Below, piece after piece: positions 10,220 to 19,085 of a DNA stretch of 43,111 nt. This stretch comes from Vicinamibacterales bacterium (GTDB lineage Bacteria; Acidobacteriota; Vicinamibacteria; Vicinamibacterales; 2-12-FULL-66-21). The translations under genes and the position numbers were made by a program. Numbering within the stretch: position 1 is the stretch's first letter; each line of letters begins with the position of its first letter. Where the stretch lies: the NCBI GenBank assembly GCA_051986585.1, contig JBPYFA010000106.1, forward strand, positions 1 to 43,111, written 5' to 3'. A model generated the notes under the pieces. The model did no database searches and was not told the origin of the DNA. It saw nothing but the letters and a program-made list of their open reading frames with translations.

Positions 10220-10567
10220 GTGGTTGCAGTGGTCTGGCAGTTCGATATCCGGCCAGGGTCGGCTGAGGAGTTCGAGCGCCTGTATGGCGCCGACGGGGAG
10301 TGGACGAAACTGTCGCGGCGTAGCCGTTCGTTTCTGGGCAGCTCGTTCCTGCGGGACATCGGAACCGAGTCGCGGTATCTGCTCGTTGAGTACTGGGGAG
10401 AAATGGTCGTCTACGAGAAGCACGTGGCCGATTTCAGCGACGAGTTGGAGGCACTCGAACGGGAACGCGAACGCCTGGTCGAACGGATGGAAACCGTCGG
10501 TGTGTTCACGGCGCTTGATGTGCCGCAGCGGGCGGGCCCTGCCTGGTCGAGACGTTCGGGCAAATAG
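10220..10567 (+). CDS. Antibiotic biosynthesis monooxygenase-like (dimeric alpha-beta barrel) protein
   Basis: GTG after GGGAGGGG and TATACT; VWQFDIRPG..EFERLYGADGEW..FLGS..RYLLVEYW. Confidence 0.65.
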   Translation: MVAVVWQFDIRPGSAEEFERLYGADGEWTKLSRRSRSFLGSSFLRDIGTESRYLLVEYWGEMVVYEKHVADFSDELEALERERERLVERMETVGVFTALDVPQRAGPAWSRRSGK

Positions 10568-10590
10568 TCATCACACGTTAGGAGCGATTG

Positions 10591-11061
10591 ATGAAACGTG
10601 CACTCACGGCTGTGGCGGTTGTACTCGCGACCGCGCTCACCCTGGCGCAGGCGCCGCCAAACTTCGCAGGGAAGTGGACGCTTGTTCCTGATCCAAATGC
10701 CCAGGGAGGCGGAATGGGCGGACTCGGGCAGGAAGCCTCCATCACGCAGGATGCCTCCACGCTCAGCATCACGCGCACGACACAGATGGGGACCTTCACC
10801 AGCAACTACAAGCTCGATGGGTCGGAGAGCAGGAACACGCTGAGCTTTCAGGGCAACAGCATCGACCAGGTTTCCACCGCCAAGTGGGACGCAAGCAAGC
10901 TGCGCGTGAACACCAAGATGGACTTCGGCGGTAATGTTGCCGAAATCAGCATGGTGATGTCGCTCGACCCGACAGGCAACCTCCTGGTCGAAACGACGCG
11001 TCCTGATTTCCAGGGCGGCGGCGCGCCAATCACGACCAAGATGACGTATAAGAAGAATTAG
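10591..11061 (+). CDS. Secreted hypothetical protein
   Basis: SD AGGAG; signal peptide ending in AQA; PNFAGKWTL and YKLDGSES motifs. Confidence 0.75.
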   Translation: MKRALTAVAVVLATALTLAQAPPNFAGKWTLVPDPNAQGGGMGGLGQEASITQDASTLSITRTTQMGTFTSNYKLDGSESRNTLSFQGNSIDQVSTAKWDASKLRVNTKMDFGGNVAEISMVMSLDPTGNLLVETTRPDFQGGGAPITTKMTYKKN

Positions 11062-11064
11062 GTA

Positions 11065-11099
11065 ATTGCTGATTGTTGATTGCTGATTGTTGATTGTTG
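11065..11099. repeat. Heptamer tandem array, 5 x ATTGYTG
   Basis: ATTGCTG ATTGTTG ATTGCTG ATTGTTG ATTGTTG directly after a stop codon. Confidence 0.9.
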
Positions 11100-11134
11100 G
11101 GGACAGTCGGGGGGCAACCCCCCGGTCTGTCCCC
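11099..11134. repeat. REP-like palindrome
   Basis: GGGGACAG-T-CGGGGGG-CAA-CCCCCCG-GT-CTGTCCCC between convergent genes. Confidence 0.65.
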
Positions 11135-11142
11135 TTTGTGAT

Positions 11143-11508
11143 CTACACCGCAGCCGGCACGGTCGTTTCCGCGAGCGGGCGGATTTCAATCGTCCCCATC
11201 CTGGCTGACGGAAGGCGCTCCGCGAGTGCGATCGCCTCGTCGAGATTCGTCGCTTCAACGAGGTAGTAGCCGCCGAGCTGCTCGCGCGTCTCCGCGAATG
11301 GACCATCCGTTACCAGTCTCTTCCCGTTACGGATCCGAACGGTCGTGGCGCTCGACGTCGGCTGCAGCTGTGAGCCGGCGCGGTAATGGCCGCTGGTGCG
11401 GATTTCCTCGGTAAACCGGCGGTACTCCGCCATGATCTGCTGCTGCTCCTCGTGGCTGAGCCCGCCCCACTCCTTCTCGTTGTCGTGAATGAGCAACATG
11501 TATTTCAT
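11143..11508 (-). CDS. YciI/DGPF family protein
   Basis: MKYMLLI..ATTVR..TDGPFAETREQLGGYY..IEIRP; SD AGGAGG. Confidence 0.9.
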   Translation of the reverse strand: MKYMLLIHDNEKEWGGLSHEEQQQIMAEYRRFTEEIRTSGHYRAGSQLQPTSSATTVRIRNGKRLVTDGPFAETREQLGGYYLVEATNLDEAIALAERLPSARMGTIEIRPLAETTVPAAV

Positions 11509-11529
11509 ACAGGTCCTCCTCATTTCACA

Positions 11530-11556
11530 GTCGAACGGCGGCTGCTCGAATCGACA
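11530..11556 (-). promoter_or_regulatory. ECF42-type promoter candidate
   Basis: TGTCGA-N17-CGAC just upstream of the SD. Confidence 0.6.
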
Positions 11557-11575
11557 CGACCGGCTGACCTCGTTG

Positions 11576-11645
11576 TTCACGACTCGCCGTTCGCGGTTCG
11601 CGGTTCGTGGTTCGCGGTTCGTGGTTCGCGATTGGTGATTCACGA
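11576..11645. repeat. Heptamer tandem array, about 10 x TTCGYGG-like
   Basis: TTCACGA CTCGCCG TTCGCGG TTCGCGG TTCGTGG TTCGCGG TTCGTGG TTCGCGA TTGGTGA TTCACGA. Confidence 0.9.
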
Positions 11646-11972
11646 TCCACTCTCAACCGCGCCGTTTCCCCCTTCTATCTCCATCTCCAGGAGCGCGGAG
11701 CTGAGTGACTTACCGTGCGCGTCGAGCGCAAGCGTACGTGTGACACCGCCGCCGGCGACGCCGTGGACGACGAAGTTCAACGCGCCAATCAGCGGCAGCT
11801 CGTAACGCACCACCTCGCCGGTTGCCAGCTCGGCAAAGTGGGCCTTGACGCGAGCGGCGGTCACCTGCTCGACGATCCGGGGATACTGGTTGAGATCGAA
11901 GACGATGAGCGACACGTTGACGATCGGACCTTTGTCGCCGCTTCGCGAGTGGCAGATGTGCCGCAGCTTCAT
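11640..11972 (-). CDS. Small AtuA-related protein (ferredoxin-like C-terminal domain homolog)
   Basis: MKLRHICHSRSGDKG..VVRYELP..ALNFV..GGGVTRTLALDAHGKSLS; ATGA overlap with the upstream gene. Confidence 0.8.
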   Translation of the reverse strand: MKLRHICHSRSGDKGPIVNVSLIVFDLNQYPRIVEQVTAARVKAHFAELATGEVVRYELPLIGALNFVVHGVAGGGVTRTLALDAHGKSLSSALLEMEIEGGNGAVESGS

Positions 11973-13312
11973 GTGCTCTCCATCTGTACCGTGCAGCGGA
12001 CGAGCTCCCGCGGGATGAACGTCGAGACCAGCGACAGGACCTCGCGGGTGGATTTCGTCGTACCGCCTCCGCCGGCGGGGCCGTTGGTGTAAAGCGACTC
12101 GACTTCGTTCCCGACCGCCTGCGCATCGGCCAGGCTGTGCGTGCGCGCAGCGACGCGGAGTCGAACCTCGTACGGTCGCGGAGACGCTGCCGCAGCGATC
12201 TGCGCGCCGTGAAGCGCATCGAGGCCGATCAAGTCGCAGCGCACCTCGCTGGTGGCAATGCGAGAGCGGGCGAGCCTGCGGACGACGACTTCTGCCGCGA
12301 GCCGGGCTCGATTCTCGGCGCCGGCCCCCGCGTATGAGATCTGGCCCTCTCCGACGAACCCATCTCGGACCGCAAGCGACACCTTCAACGTATCGGGCCG
12401 CGGTCTTCCTCGAGCGCCGTCCACTTGCACGCGATCGCGACCGACGGCTTCGATCCTGACCTGGCTGAAGTCGGCAATGGTATCGGGGGTGAAGTACGCC
12501 GTCGGCTCGTGGATTTCGTAGAGCAGTTGCTCCTTGCAGGTCGCCGGCGTCACCGCGCCGCCGGTGCCCTCGAGTTTCGTGACGATCACGGGTCCGCTCG
12601 GCGCCACCTCGGCGATTGGAAAGCCGAGATCGTCGAGCCCCTCGACCTCCTTGTAGCCCGGATCGGCAAAGTATCCGCCGGTCAACTGACCGCCACACTC
12701 GAGAAGATGGCCCACGAGCGTCGCACGTCCGAGTTCTGGCCACATATCGAGCGCCCATCCATGCGCGTGCGCGATCGGGGCCACAAACAGCGACGGGTCG
12801 GCTGCGCGCCCGGTGATCACCACATCAACGTTCTGGCCCAACGCCTCGACGATCGGCTCCGCGCCAATGTATGCGTTCGCAGACACCAGCCGATCGCCCA
12901 ACTCGCGCACCGGCTGACCAGTCTCGGCAACAGTGAAGCTGCCTGTCTCAACCACGCCCCGGACGTCGTCGCCAACGATCGCGGCGATCGTGACCGGCCC
13001 AAGTCCGAGTCGACGTGCGACGTCTCGCACCGCCTTTGCGCCGCCACTCGGATTGGCCGCCCCCATGTTGGTGATGATCGTGGTCCCGCGTTTGCGGCAG
13101 GATGGGAGGACGGCCTCCATTCTCGCCACCAGCAGCGGATCGTAGCCGGCATGCGGATCGCGCACTCTGGCCTGTTGCGCGAGCGCGATGGTGCGTTCGG
13201 CGAGGCACTCGAACACGAGATAGTCCAGCTCGCCGCGCCTTGCCAGGTCGACCGCCGGCTCGATCCGGTCTCCGGCGAAACCCGCCCCGCATCCGATTCG
13301 GATCACCTTCAC
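11969..13312 (-). CDS. Acyclic terpene utilization AtuA family protein (DUF1446)
   Basis: IRIGCGAGFAGDR, FECLAERT, ITGRAADPSLF, GHLLECG, EQLLYE; GTGA overlap with the transporter stop. Confidence 0.88.
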   Translation of the reverse strand: MKVIRIGCGAGFAGDRIEPAVDLARRGELDYLVFECLAERTIALAQQARVRDPHAGYDPLLVARMEAVLPSCRKRGTTIITNMGAANPSGGAKAVRDVARRLGLGPVTIAAIVGDDVRGVVETGSFTVAETGQPVRELGDRLVSANAYIGAEPIVEALGQNVDVVITGRAADPSLFVAPIAHAHGWALDMWPELGRATLVGHLLECGGQLTGGYFADPGYKEVEGLDDLGFPIAEVAPSGPVIVTKLEGTGGAVTPATCKEQLLYEIHEPTAYFTPDTIADFSQVRIEAVGRDRVQVDGARGRPRPDTLKVSLAVRDGFVGEGQISYAGAGAENRARLAAEVVVRRLARSRIATSEVRCDLIGLDALHGAQIAAAASPRPYEVRLRVAARTHSLADAQAVGNEVESLYTNGPAGGGGTTKSTREVLSLVSTFIPRELVRCTVQMEST

Positions 13313-14604
13313 AATGGGAAGACTCCGAGCGCCACGCATGTGAACGCCATCAAAACGGATGCAGCGAACAGGTACGGTGCGGTGAAGAGCTGGTGCTCCG
13401 CGAGCTCGATTCGGGTCAGGCCAACAACGAGGAACGTTGCCGGCGTCAACGGGCTCACCGGAAAACCGGTCGTCATCTGGCCAAGCAGCGCCGCCTGACC
13501 GACTTGAATCGGCGGGATACCAAGAGTGTTGGCCACTTCGGCAATGACTGGAAGAGCGCCGAGATAGAACGAATCCGGATCGAACACGAGGCTGAGCGGC
13601 ATCGACACGAGACCGAGCGCAAATGGAATGTGTGATGCCATTGATGGCGGTACTGCGCGAACGGTTGCTGCCGCCATCGCCGCCAGCATGCCCGACCCCT
13701 TCATGATTCCGGTGAAGGAGCCAGCTGCCAGAAGGATCGCGCCCATCATCAGCGCCGCGCGTGCGTGCGCGTCGACTCGTGCACGCTGCATGTCGGCGCC
13801 AGGATAGTTGAGAATCAGCGCGGCGGCGGTGCCGATCATGAACATCACCGCGGGATCGACCGCACTGCTGATCATCGCGACGAGAATCACCATGGTCAGC
13901 ACCACGTTCGCCCAGAATCGACCCGGGCGACGCAGATCGTTTCGATCGTCACGGGCCGACCCGGCCGGGCTCGTCGTCTCGACGTTCACGTCTCCCAGGC
14001 GTCTGCTCTCGCGACGTCCTAACAGAAACGCGACCAGGAACACGAATGCAAGTCCAACCGCCTGGACCCCAACCAGCGGCCTGAACAGATCGGTCGTCGA
14101 CACGTGAAGTGCGGTCGCCGCTCGGAGAGTCGGGCCGGTCCACGGCAGGAAATTGACTCCCGCCGCCATCGACGCCACGCACGCGAGGATTCGGCGATCC
14201 ATGCCCAACCGCTCGTAGAGTGGCAGCATCGCCGGCACCGTGACGAGAAATGTCACCGCTCCGGAGCCGTCCAGGTGAACCAGCAGCGCAAGCAGCGCCG
14301 TTCCGACGACGATATGTGTGGGATTGGTTCCAACCGCGCGAAGGATGCGATCGACGACGGGATCCAGCATGCCGGCGTCGGTCATCACGCCGAAATACAG
14401 AATGGCGAACACGAACATCGCCGCGACCGATGCCGTCTGCTGCAGACCGGTGATCATGAACTGCGCGGTCTTGAACCCGAAACCGCCGGCAACCGCGGCG
14501 ATCACTGGAATGATGATCAGCGCCACGAGCGGCGACACCAGACGGCTGGCAATCACGGCCAGTAACACGATCACCGTGACCAGCCCCAGCAGCGCAAGCA
14601 TCAT
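13309..14604 (-). CDS. CitMHS family citrate/metal-citrate:H+ symporter
   Basis: Multi-TM; FAILYFGVMTDAGMLDP, LDGSGAVT, LPWTGPT, DPDSFY, GFPVSPL. Confidence 0.88.
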   Translation of the reverse strand: MMLALLGLVTVIVLLAVIASRLVSPLVALIIIPVIAAVAGGFGFKTAQFMITGLQQTASVAAMFVFAILYFGVMTDAGMLDPVVDRILRAVGTNPTHIVVGTALLALLVHLDGSGAVTFLVTVPAMLPLYERLGMDRRILACVASMAAGVNFLPWTGPTLRAATALHVSTTDLFRPLVGVQAVGLAFVFLVAFLLGRRESRRLGDVNVETTSPAGSARDDRNDLRRPGRFWANVVLTMVILVAMISSAVDPAVMFMIGTAAALILNYPGADMQRARVDAHARAALMMGAILLAAGSFTGIMKGSGMLAAMAAATVRAVPPSMASHIPFALGLVSMPLSLVFDPDSFYLGALPVIAEVANTLGIPPIQVGQAALLGQMTTGFPVSPLTPATFLVVGLTRIELAEHQLFTAPYLFAASVLMAFTCVALGVFPL

Positions 14605-15794
14605 CTCGGCTCCGCAGGCGACGGTGGCCGTCTCGACGCCCACGCGAACGCGAGCGTTCCGATCGCGCCGACCGCCGACGCGGCCTCGAGCGGCAGGGCG
14701 GGCGAGCGCTGATAGAGCAGACCGCCGACCATTCCCGCCGGCACGACGAGCAGATTCCGAATCCCGTAATAGATGCCGACCGCCCGCCCGCGTTGCTGAT
14801 GAGGCGCAAGATCGACGATCAGCGACTTGCGAGCGGGCTCACCAAACTCTTTCAGCCCGCCAATCACGAACGCAACCACCAGCGCAGAAAACGTCGTCGC
14901 CAGTCGAACCGCAAGCGGAAAGGCGGCAAAGAACACGAACGTGAGCAGCACCAGCGGTCGTCGTCCCGTCACTTCGGCGAGGCGGCCGGCCGGCAGGTAG
15001 AACAGGATCGAGACCGCCTGTTGGACCGCGTAGAGCACTCCGAAGTCCGTCGCCGAGAAGCGCTCCGCCGAAGTGACGAAGAGCACGATGAACGAGGCCG
15101 CGATGCCTTCACCGATGCGGACGATGCAGTCCGCTGTCAGCAGCTGCCTCAAGGAGGCCGGCAACGACGCGAATACGGAGCGCATACTCGCCACGTCGCC
15201 GTCGCCAACGCTCCGTGCGTCATCTCGAAAGCCATAGTGCTGCACCGCCAGCACCACAACTGCCAACGCCATCGTGACGACGAGCGCGACTCGAATGCCG
15301 GCGACGGTCCCCACCCTGGCGATCAGCAAGCCGCCAATCGGTGCGCCGACGACGCGCGGCACGCGGACGAGAACGGACTGCACGCCGAACGCGATGGCAC
15401 GCCGTTCACGCGGCAGCGAATCACCAATCACCGCAAACGTCGTCGGAAATGCCCCCGACTTCCACGCCATCACGCCGAACAGTCCGATGAAGACCACCGG
15501 CCAGCGCGGGGCGATGGCGTAGACCGCATAGCCGCACAGAGCCAGTCCGGTAAAGATGAGGAGCGCTCGACGACGTCCGAGTCGATCGGCGAGCCAGCCG
15601 CCGGGATACTGGTAGACGCTGTCGAGCAGATCTTTGAGCGAACCGAACAGACCGACGCTTAACGCTCCAGCACCGAGTGCGGTCAGGTAAACCGGAACGT
15701 ACGCCTGCCAGAGCTCCTCTCCGAGCGCGAGGCCGAAGAGGCTTGCGGCAAGCACGGCGACATTGCGATCCAGTCCCAGAGCGGCGCGGTACAA
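14601..15794 (-). CDS. MFS transporter
   Basis: About 12 TM segments; motif A GWLADRLGRRR and repeat GRLAEVTGRRP. Confidence 0.88.
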   Translation of the reverse strand: MYRAALGLDRNVAVLAASLFGLALGEELWQAYVPVYLTALGAGALSVGLFGSLKDLLDSVYQYPGGWLADRLGRRRALLIFTGLALCGYAVYAIAPRWPVVFIGLFGVMAWKSGAFPTTFAVIGDSLPRERRAIAFGVQSVLVRVPRVVGAPIGGLLIARVGTVAGIRVALVVTMALAVVVLAVQHYGFRDDARSVGDGDVASMRSVFASLPASLRQLLTADCIVRIGEGIAASFIVLFVTSAERFSATDFGVLYAVQQAVSILFYLPAGRLAEVTGRRPLVLLTFVFFAAFPLAVRLATTFSALVVAFVIGGLKEFGEPARKSLIVDLAPHQQRGRAVGIYYGIRNLLVVPAGMVGGLLYQRSPALPLEAASAVGAIGTLAFAWASRRPPSPAEPR

Positions 15795-15801
15795 CTCAGC
15801 C

Positions 15802-16149
15802 TCAGCCGCGCGCGTGCTGCGGTGCCCGATACAGAATGATCCGGGCTGGTTCGACGGTCACGAGCCCTTCGCTGACCAGGCCGTCGAGCAGCGGCAGGAA
15901 GGCCTCGATCTTTTCCTTTGCGTCGACGATTTCAATCACAATCGGGAGATCCTGTGAGAGCTCGAGAATCTTCGCCGTGTGCATTCGACTGTGGGCACCA
16001 AAGCCCATGAACCCCTTCCACACCGTCGCGCCGGCCAGCCCGCGCTGCCGCGCTTCGTTGACGAGGACTTCGTACAGCGGCCGGCCGTGGTGCCGGTCGC
16101 TTTCACCGATGAAAACCCTGAGCAGCATGCCTTCTGCCGGAATCTTCAT
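15802..16149 (-). CDS. DUF190 (PII-like) protein
   Basis: LLRVFIGESD..LAGATVWKGFMGFG..LSQDLPIVIEIVD; usual partner of crcB. Confidence 0.9.
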   Translation of the reverse strand: MKIPAEGMLLRVFIGESDRHHGRPLYEVLVNEARQRGLAGATVWKGFMGFGAHSRMHTAKILELSQDLPIVIEIVDAKEKIEAFLPLLDGLVSEGLVTVEPARIILYRAPQHARG

Positions 16150-16157
16150 GGCTCACC

Positions 16158-16529
16158 TCACAGAGCAAGAACGAATGCGTAGCCGGCCCATAGTGCGACC
16201 AGGCCGCAAACAAGCTGGCCGAACGCGTTGACGACGGCGCGAACGAGCTCTCCGTCCTGCAGCAGCGCGAACGTTTCGTAAGTGAAGGTCGAGAAGGTCG
16301 TGTAGCCGCCGAGCACGCCAATCAGCAGGAAGGCACGCTCCGTCGGCCCGAGTACGAAGCGCTCGCGCGCGGCACCCATGATGATGCCAAACACCAGACA
16401 CCCCGTGACGTTCACGGTAAATGTTCCGTAAGGAAAAAACGGCGAGGTCGAGCGCTGAACGACCGTCGACAGGCCGTAGCGGCAGACCGATCCGATAGCA
16501 CCGCCGAGCGCGATGAGAATGATTTGCAC
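16158..16529 (-). CDS. crcB: Fluoride efflux channel CrcB/FluC
   Basis: GGAIGSVCRY, FPYGTFTVN, GVLGGYTTFSTF. Start is GTG 16529 or 16535. Confidence 0.93.
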   Translation of the reverse strand: MQIILIALGGAIGSVCRYGLSTVVQRSTSPFFPYGTFTVNVTGCLVFGIIMGAARERFVLGPTERAFLLIGVLGGYTTFSTFTYETFALLQDGELVRAVVNAFGQLVCGLVALWAGYAFVLAL

Positions 16530-16557
16530 GGGCACAGTATGACGGGAGCGGCCGAGT

Positions 16558-17220
16558 ATGTGTATTCTTTATCGGTTGCCTATCAGTTCGTCACCAATCG
16601 TGGTCGCGGTTCTCTGCCTGGTGACGTCCGCCTGCGGGGGCAGCCGTCAGACGCATCCTCCCATCGTGCAGCCGGGCGCTCCCGGCGAAGCCACTCGCGT
16701 GATCGGGGCCGACAAAGCCGCAGATGTGTCCCGCGTCGGCTACACCGCCGCTGATGCCCGCTTCATGCAGGGGATGATTGCACATCACGCCCAGGCCGTG
16801 GAGATGACGGAATTGCTGTCGACACGAACGTCCAGCGAGGCGATGCGGAAGCTGGGCCAGCGCATCCAGGTGTCGCAGACCGACGAGATCAAGATGATGG
16901 AACACTGGCTCTCGACGCGCGGCGAGGAAGTGCCGTCCGCGCACGCCCACCACATGGCGGGCGGAACACTGATGCCCGGCATGTTGACGGAGGAAGAGAT
17001 GGATCGACTCGCCGCGAGCCGTGGCCCCGAGTTCGATCGCCTCTTCCTCGAAGGAATGATCAAACACCATCAGGGCGCGCTCGTGATGGTGAAGGAGCTC
17101 TTTGCAACCTCGGGCGCGGCACAGGATTCGGATATCTTCGCGTTCGCGTCCGATGTCGACGCGGATCAGCGCATGGAAATCGATCGCATGCGCGGCATGC
17201 TCAAGGAGTTTCAGCAATGA
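16558..17220 (+). CDS. DUF305 ferritin-like protein, probable lipoprotein
   Basis: Lipobox-like VTSAC; FMQGMIAHHAQAVEM and FLEGMIKHHQGALVM repeats. Confidence 0.85.
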   Translation: MCILYRLPISSSPIVVAVLCLVTSACGGSRQTHPPIVQPGAPGEATRVIGADKAADVSRVGYTAADARFMQGMIAHHAQAVEMTELLSTRTSSEAMRKLGQRIQVSQTDEIKMMEHWLSTRGEEVPSAHAHHMAGGTLMPGMLTEEEMDRLAASRGPEFDRLFLEGMIKHHQGALVMVKELFATSGAAQDSDIFAFASDVDADQRMEIDRMRGMLKEFQQ

Positions 17221-19085
17221 AGTCGGGTGTGATCACGTTCGTCTGCGGGGCGGGGACCGTCCTGTGGCTGACGATCGCGGGCGGCGCACAACAACACGAC
17301 CCTCGGATCGGGCTCAAGGCCGGGCTGCACGACGCCGGGCAGGCAGCGCGAAACATGGAGCTGGTCGCGAGTCTTCCAAAACCGGAGGGTTTCTACGACC
17401 CCAAAGCGCCTGGGGGAGAGGCGACGCCGCCGGAGACGAACGAACCCGCTTCGCCGCCCCGCGATACGACCGTCACCGGCAATGCATCGCCGACCCGGAA
17501 TTCGTCCGCGCTGAATTTCTCCAACTCGGACCTCGCCTTCAGCGGCACCCTGGTCTTCGTCGGCAACTTCAACGGCTTCAACACCTACGACATCGAGACG
17601 CCGAAGAAGCCGCAGCTGTTCGCGTCGGTGGTTTGCCCCGGTGGACAAGGGGACGTTTCGGTGTACGGCCACCTGCTGTTCATGTCGGTCGAACAGACTC
17701 GCGGGCGCATCGATTGCGGAACCCAGGGGGTCGCCGACGCGGTCAGCGCCGAGCGATTTCGCGGGGTGCGGATTTTCGACATCAGCGACGGCAAAAAGCC
17801 GAAGCAGATTGCCGCGGTGCAGACCTGCCGCGGCTCGCACACGCATACGCTGGTGATCGATCCGAAGGATCACGACAACATCTACGTCTACGGCTCAGGC
17901 ACGAGCACCGTACGATCGGGTGAGGAACTTTCCGGCTGCTCGAGCGCTGATCCCAAGGACGATCCGAATACATCGCTCTTCAGCATCGATGTGATCCAGG
18001 TGCCGCTGGCAACACCGGAGAAGGCGCGGATCGTGAATCGGCCGCGAATCTTCTCCGATCCGAGAACCGGCGCACTATCGGGACTGTGGCCAGGCGGCGA
18101 TCACGGCCCGGGGACGCAGAAGACCTCATTGACCGATCGATGCCACGACATCACTGTCTTTCCGGAAATCGGACTGGCAGCGGGCGCCTGCTCGGGCAAC
18201 GGAATCCTGCTCGACATCTCCGATCCCGTACACCCGGTCCGCCTCGACGAGGTCGCGGATCCGAATTTTGCCTTCTGGCATTCGGCGACGTTCAACAACG
18301 ACGGGACGAAGGTGATCTTCACCGACGAGTGGGGCGGCGGCACGCGCCCACGCTGCCGGCCAACGGATCAGTTGAATTGGGGGGCCGACGCGATCTTCGA
18401 CATCGTCGATCGCAAGCTCCGGTTCGCGGGGTACTACAAGATGCCGGCGCCGCAGACCGACCAGGAAAACTGTGTCGCGCACAACGGCTCGATCGTTCCG
18501 GTGCCGGGGCGCGACATTATGGCGCAGGCCTGGTATCAAGGCGGTGTGTCGGTGTTCGATTTCACCGACTCGGCACATCCGGTGGAAATCGCGTTCTTCG
18601 ACCGAGGGCCGATCGATGCCAAGACGCTGATCACCGGCGGCTTCTGGTCCGCCTACTGGTTCAACGGCAACATTTACGGGACCGAAATTGCTCGTGGCCT
18701 CGACATCTTCAAGCTGATTCCGAGCGAATTCCTTTCCCAGAACGAGATCAACGCGGCGAGCGAAGTGCATTCCACCGAATTCAACGCCCAGTTCCAGCAG
18801 CGGATCACCTGGCCGCCGACGTCAGCCGTGGCACGCGCGTATCTCGATCAGCTCGCACGGACCAAGGGGATCGACGCTGCCCGCGCATCGGCGGTGAAAA
18901 CGGCTCTGGATAAGGTGGATCGGATTCGCGATCGATCCGCCAAGGGAGCCGCGCCTTCGTTCGAGGCACTCACCACGCTCGCTGGTCAGATCGAGAGCGA
19001 TGCGGCGACCTCCACCGGAACGGACGCCAAACGTCTGCACGCCCTGGCTGCAACCCTGAAAGGCCGCGCGGAGCCACACCAGTAA
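17217..19085 (+). CDS. Secreted LVIVD-repeat-like beta-propeller protein
   Basis: Signal peptide; NSDLAF, CPGGQGDVSV, CRGSHTHT, CHDITV, WHSATF, NCVAHNG; ATGA-coupled to DUF305. Confidence 0.7.
   Translation: MKSGVITFVCGAGTVLWLTIAGGAQQHDPRIGLKAGLHDAGQAARNMELVASLPKPEGFYDPKAPGGEATPPETNEPASPPRDTTVTGNASPTRNSSALNFSNSDLAFSGTLVFVGNFNGFNTYDIETPKKPQLFASVVCPGGQGDVSVYGHLLFMSVEQTRGRIDCGTQGVADAVSAERFRGVRIFDISDGKKPKQIAAVQTCRGSHTHTLVIDPKDHDNIYVYGSGTSTVRSGEELSGCSSADPKDDPNTSLFSIDVIQVPLATPEKARIVNRPRIFSDPRTGALSGLWPGGDHGPGTQKTSLTDRCHDITVFPEIGLAAGACSGNGILLDISDPVHPVRLDEVADPNFAFWHSATFNNDGTKVIFTDEWGGGTRPRCRPTDQLNWGADAIFDIVDRKLRFAGYYKMPAPQTDQENCVAHNGSIVPVPGRDIMAQAWYQGGVSVFDFTDSAHPVEIAFFDRGPIDAKTLITGGFWSAYWFNGNIYGTEIARGLDIFKLIPSEFLSQNEINAASEVHSTEFNAQFQQRITWPPTSAVARAYLDQLARTKGIDAARASAVKTALDKVDRIRDRSAKGAAPSFEALTTLAGQIESDAATSTGTDAKRLHALAATLKGRAEPHQ

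Noticed and set aside
16530-16557. Fluoride riboswitch upstream of crcB
   Set aside because: Fewer than 30 nt separate crcB from the divergent gene, and no riboswitch motif is visible.
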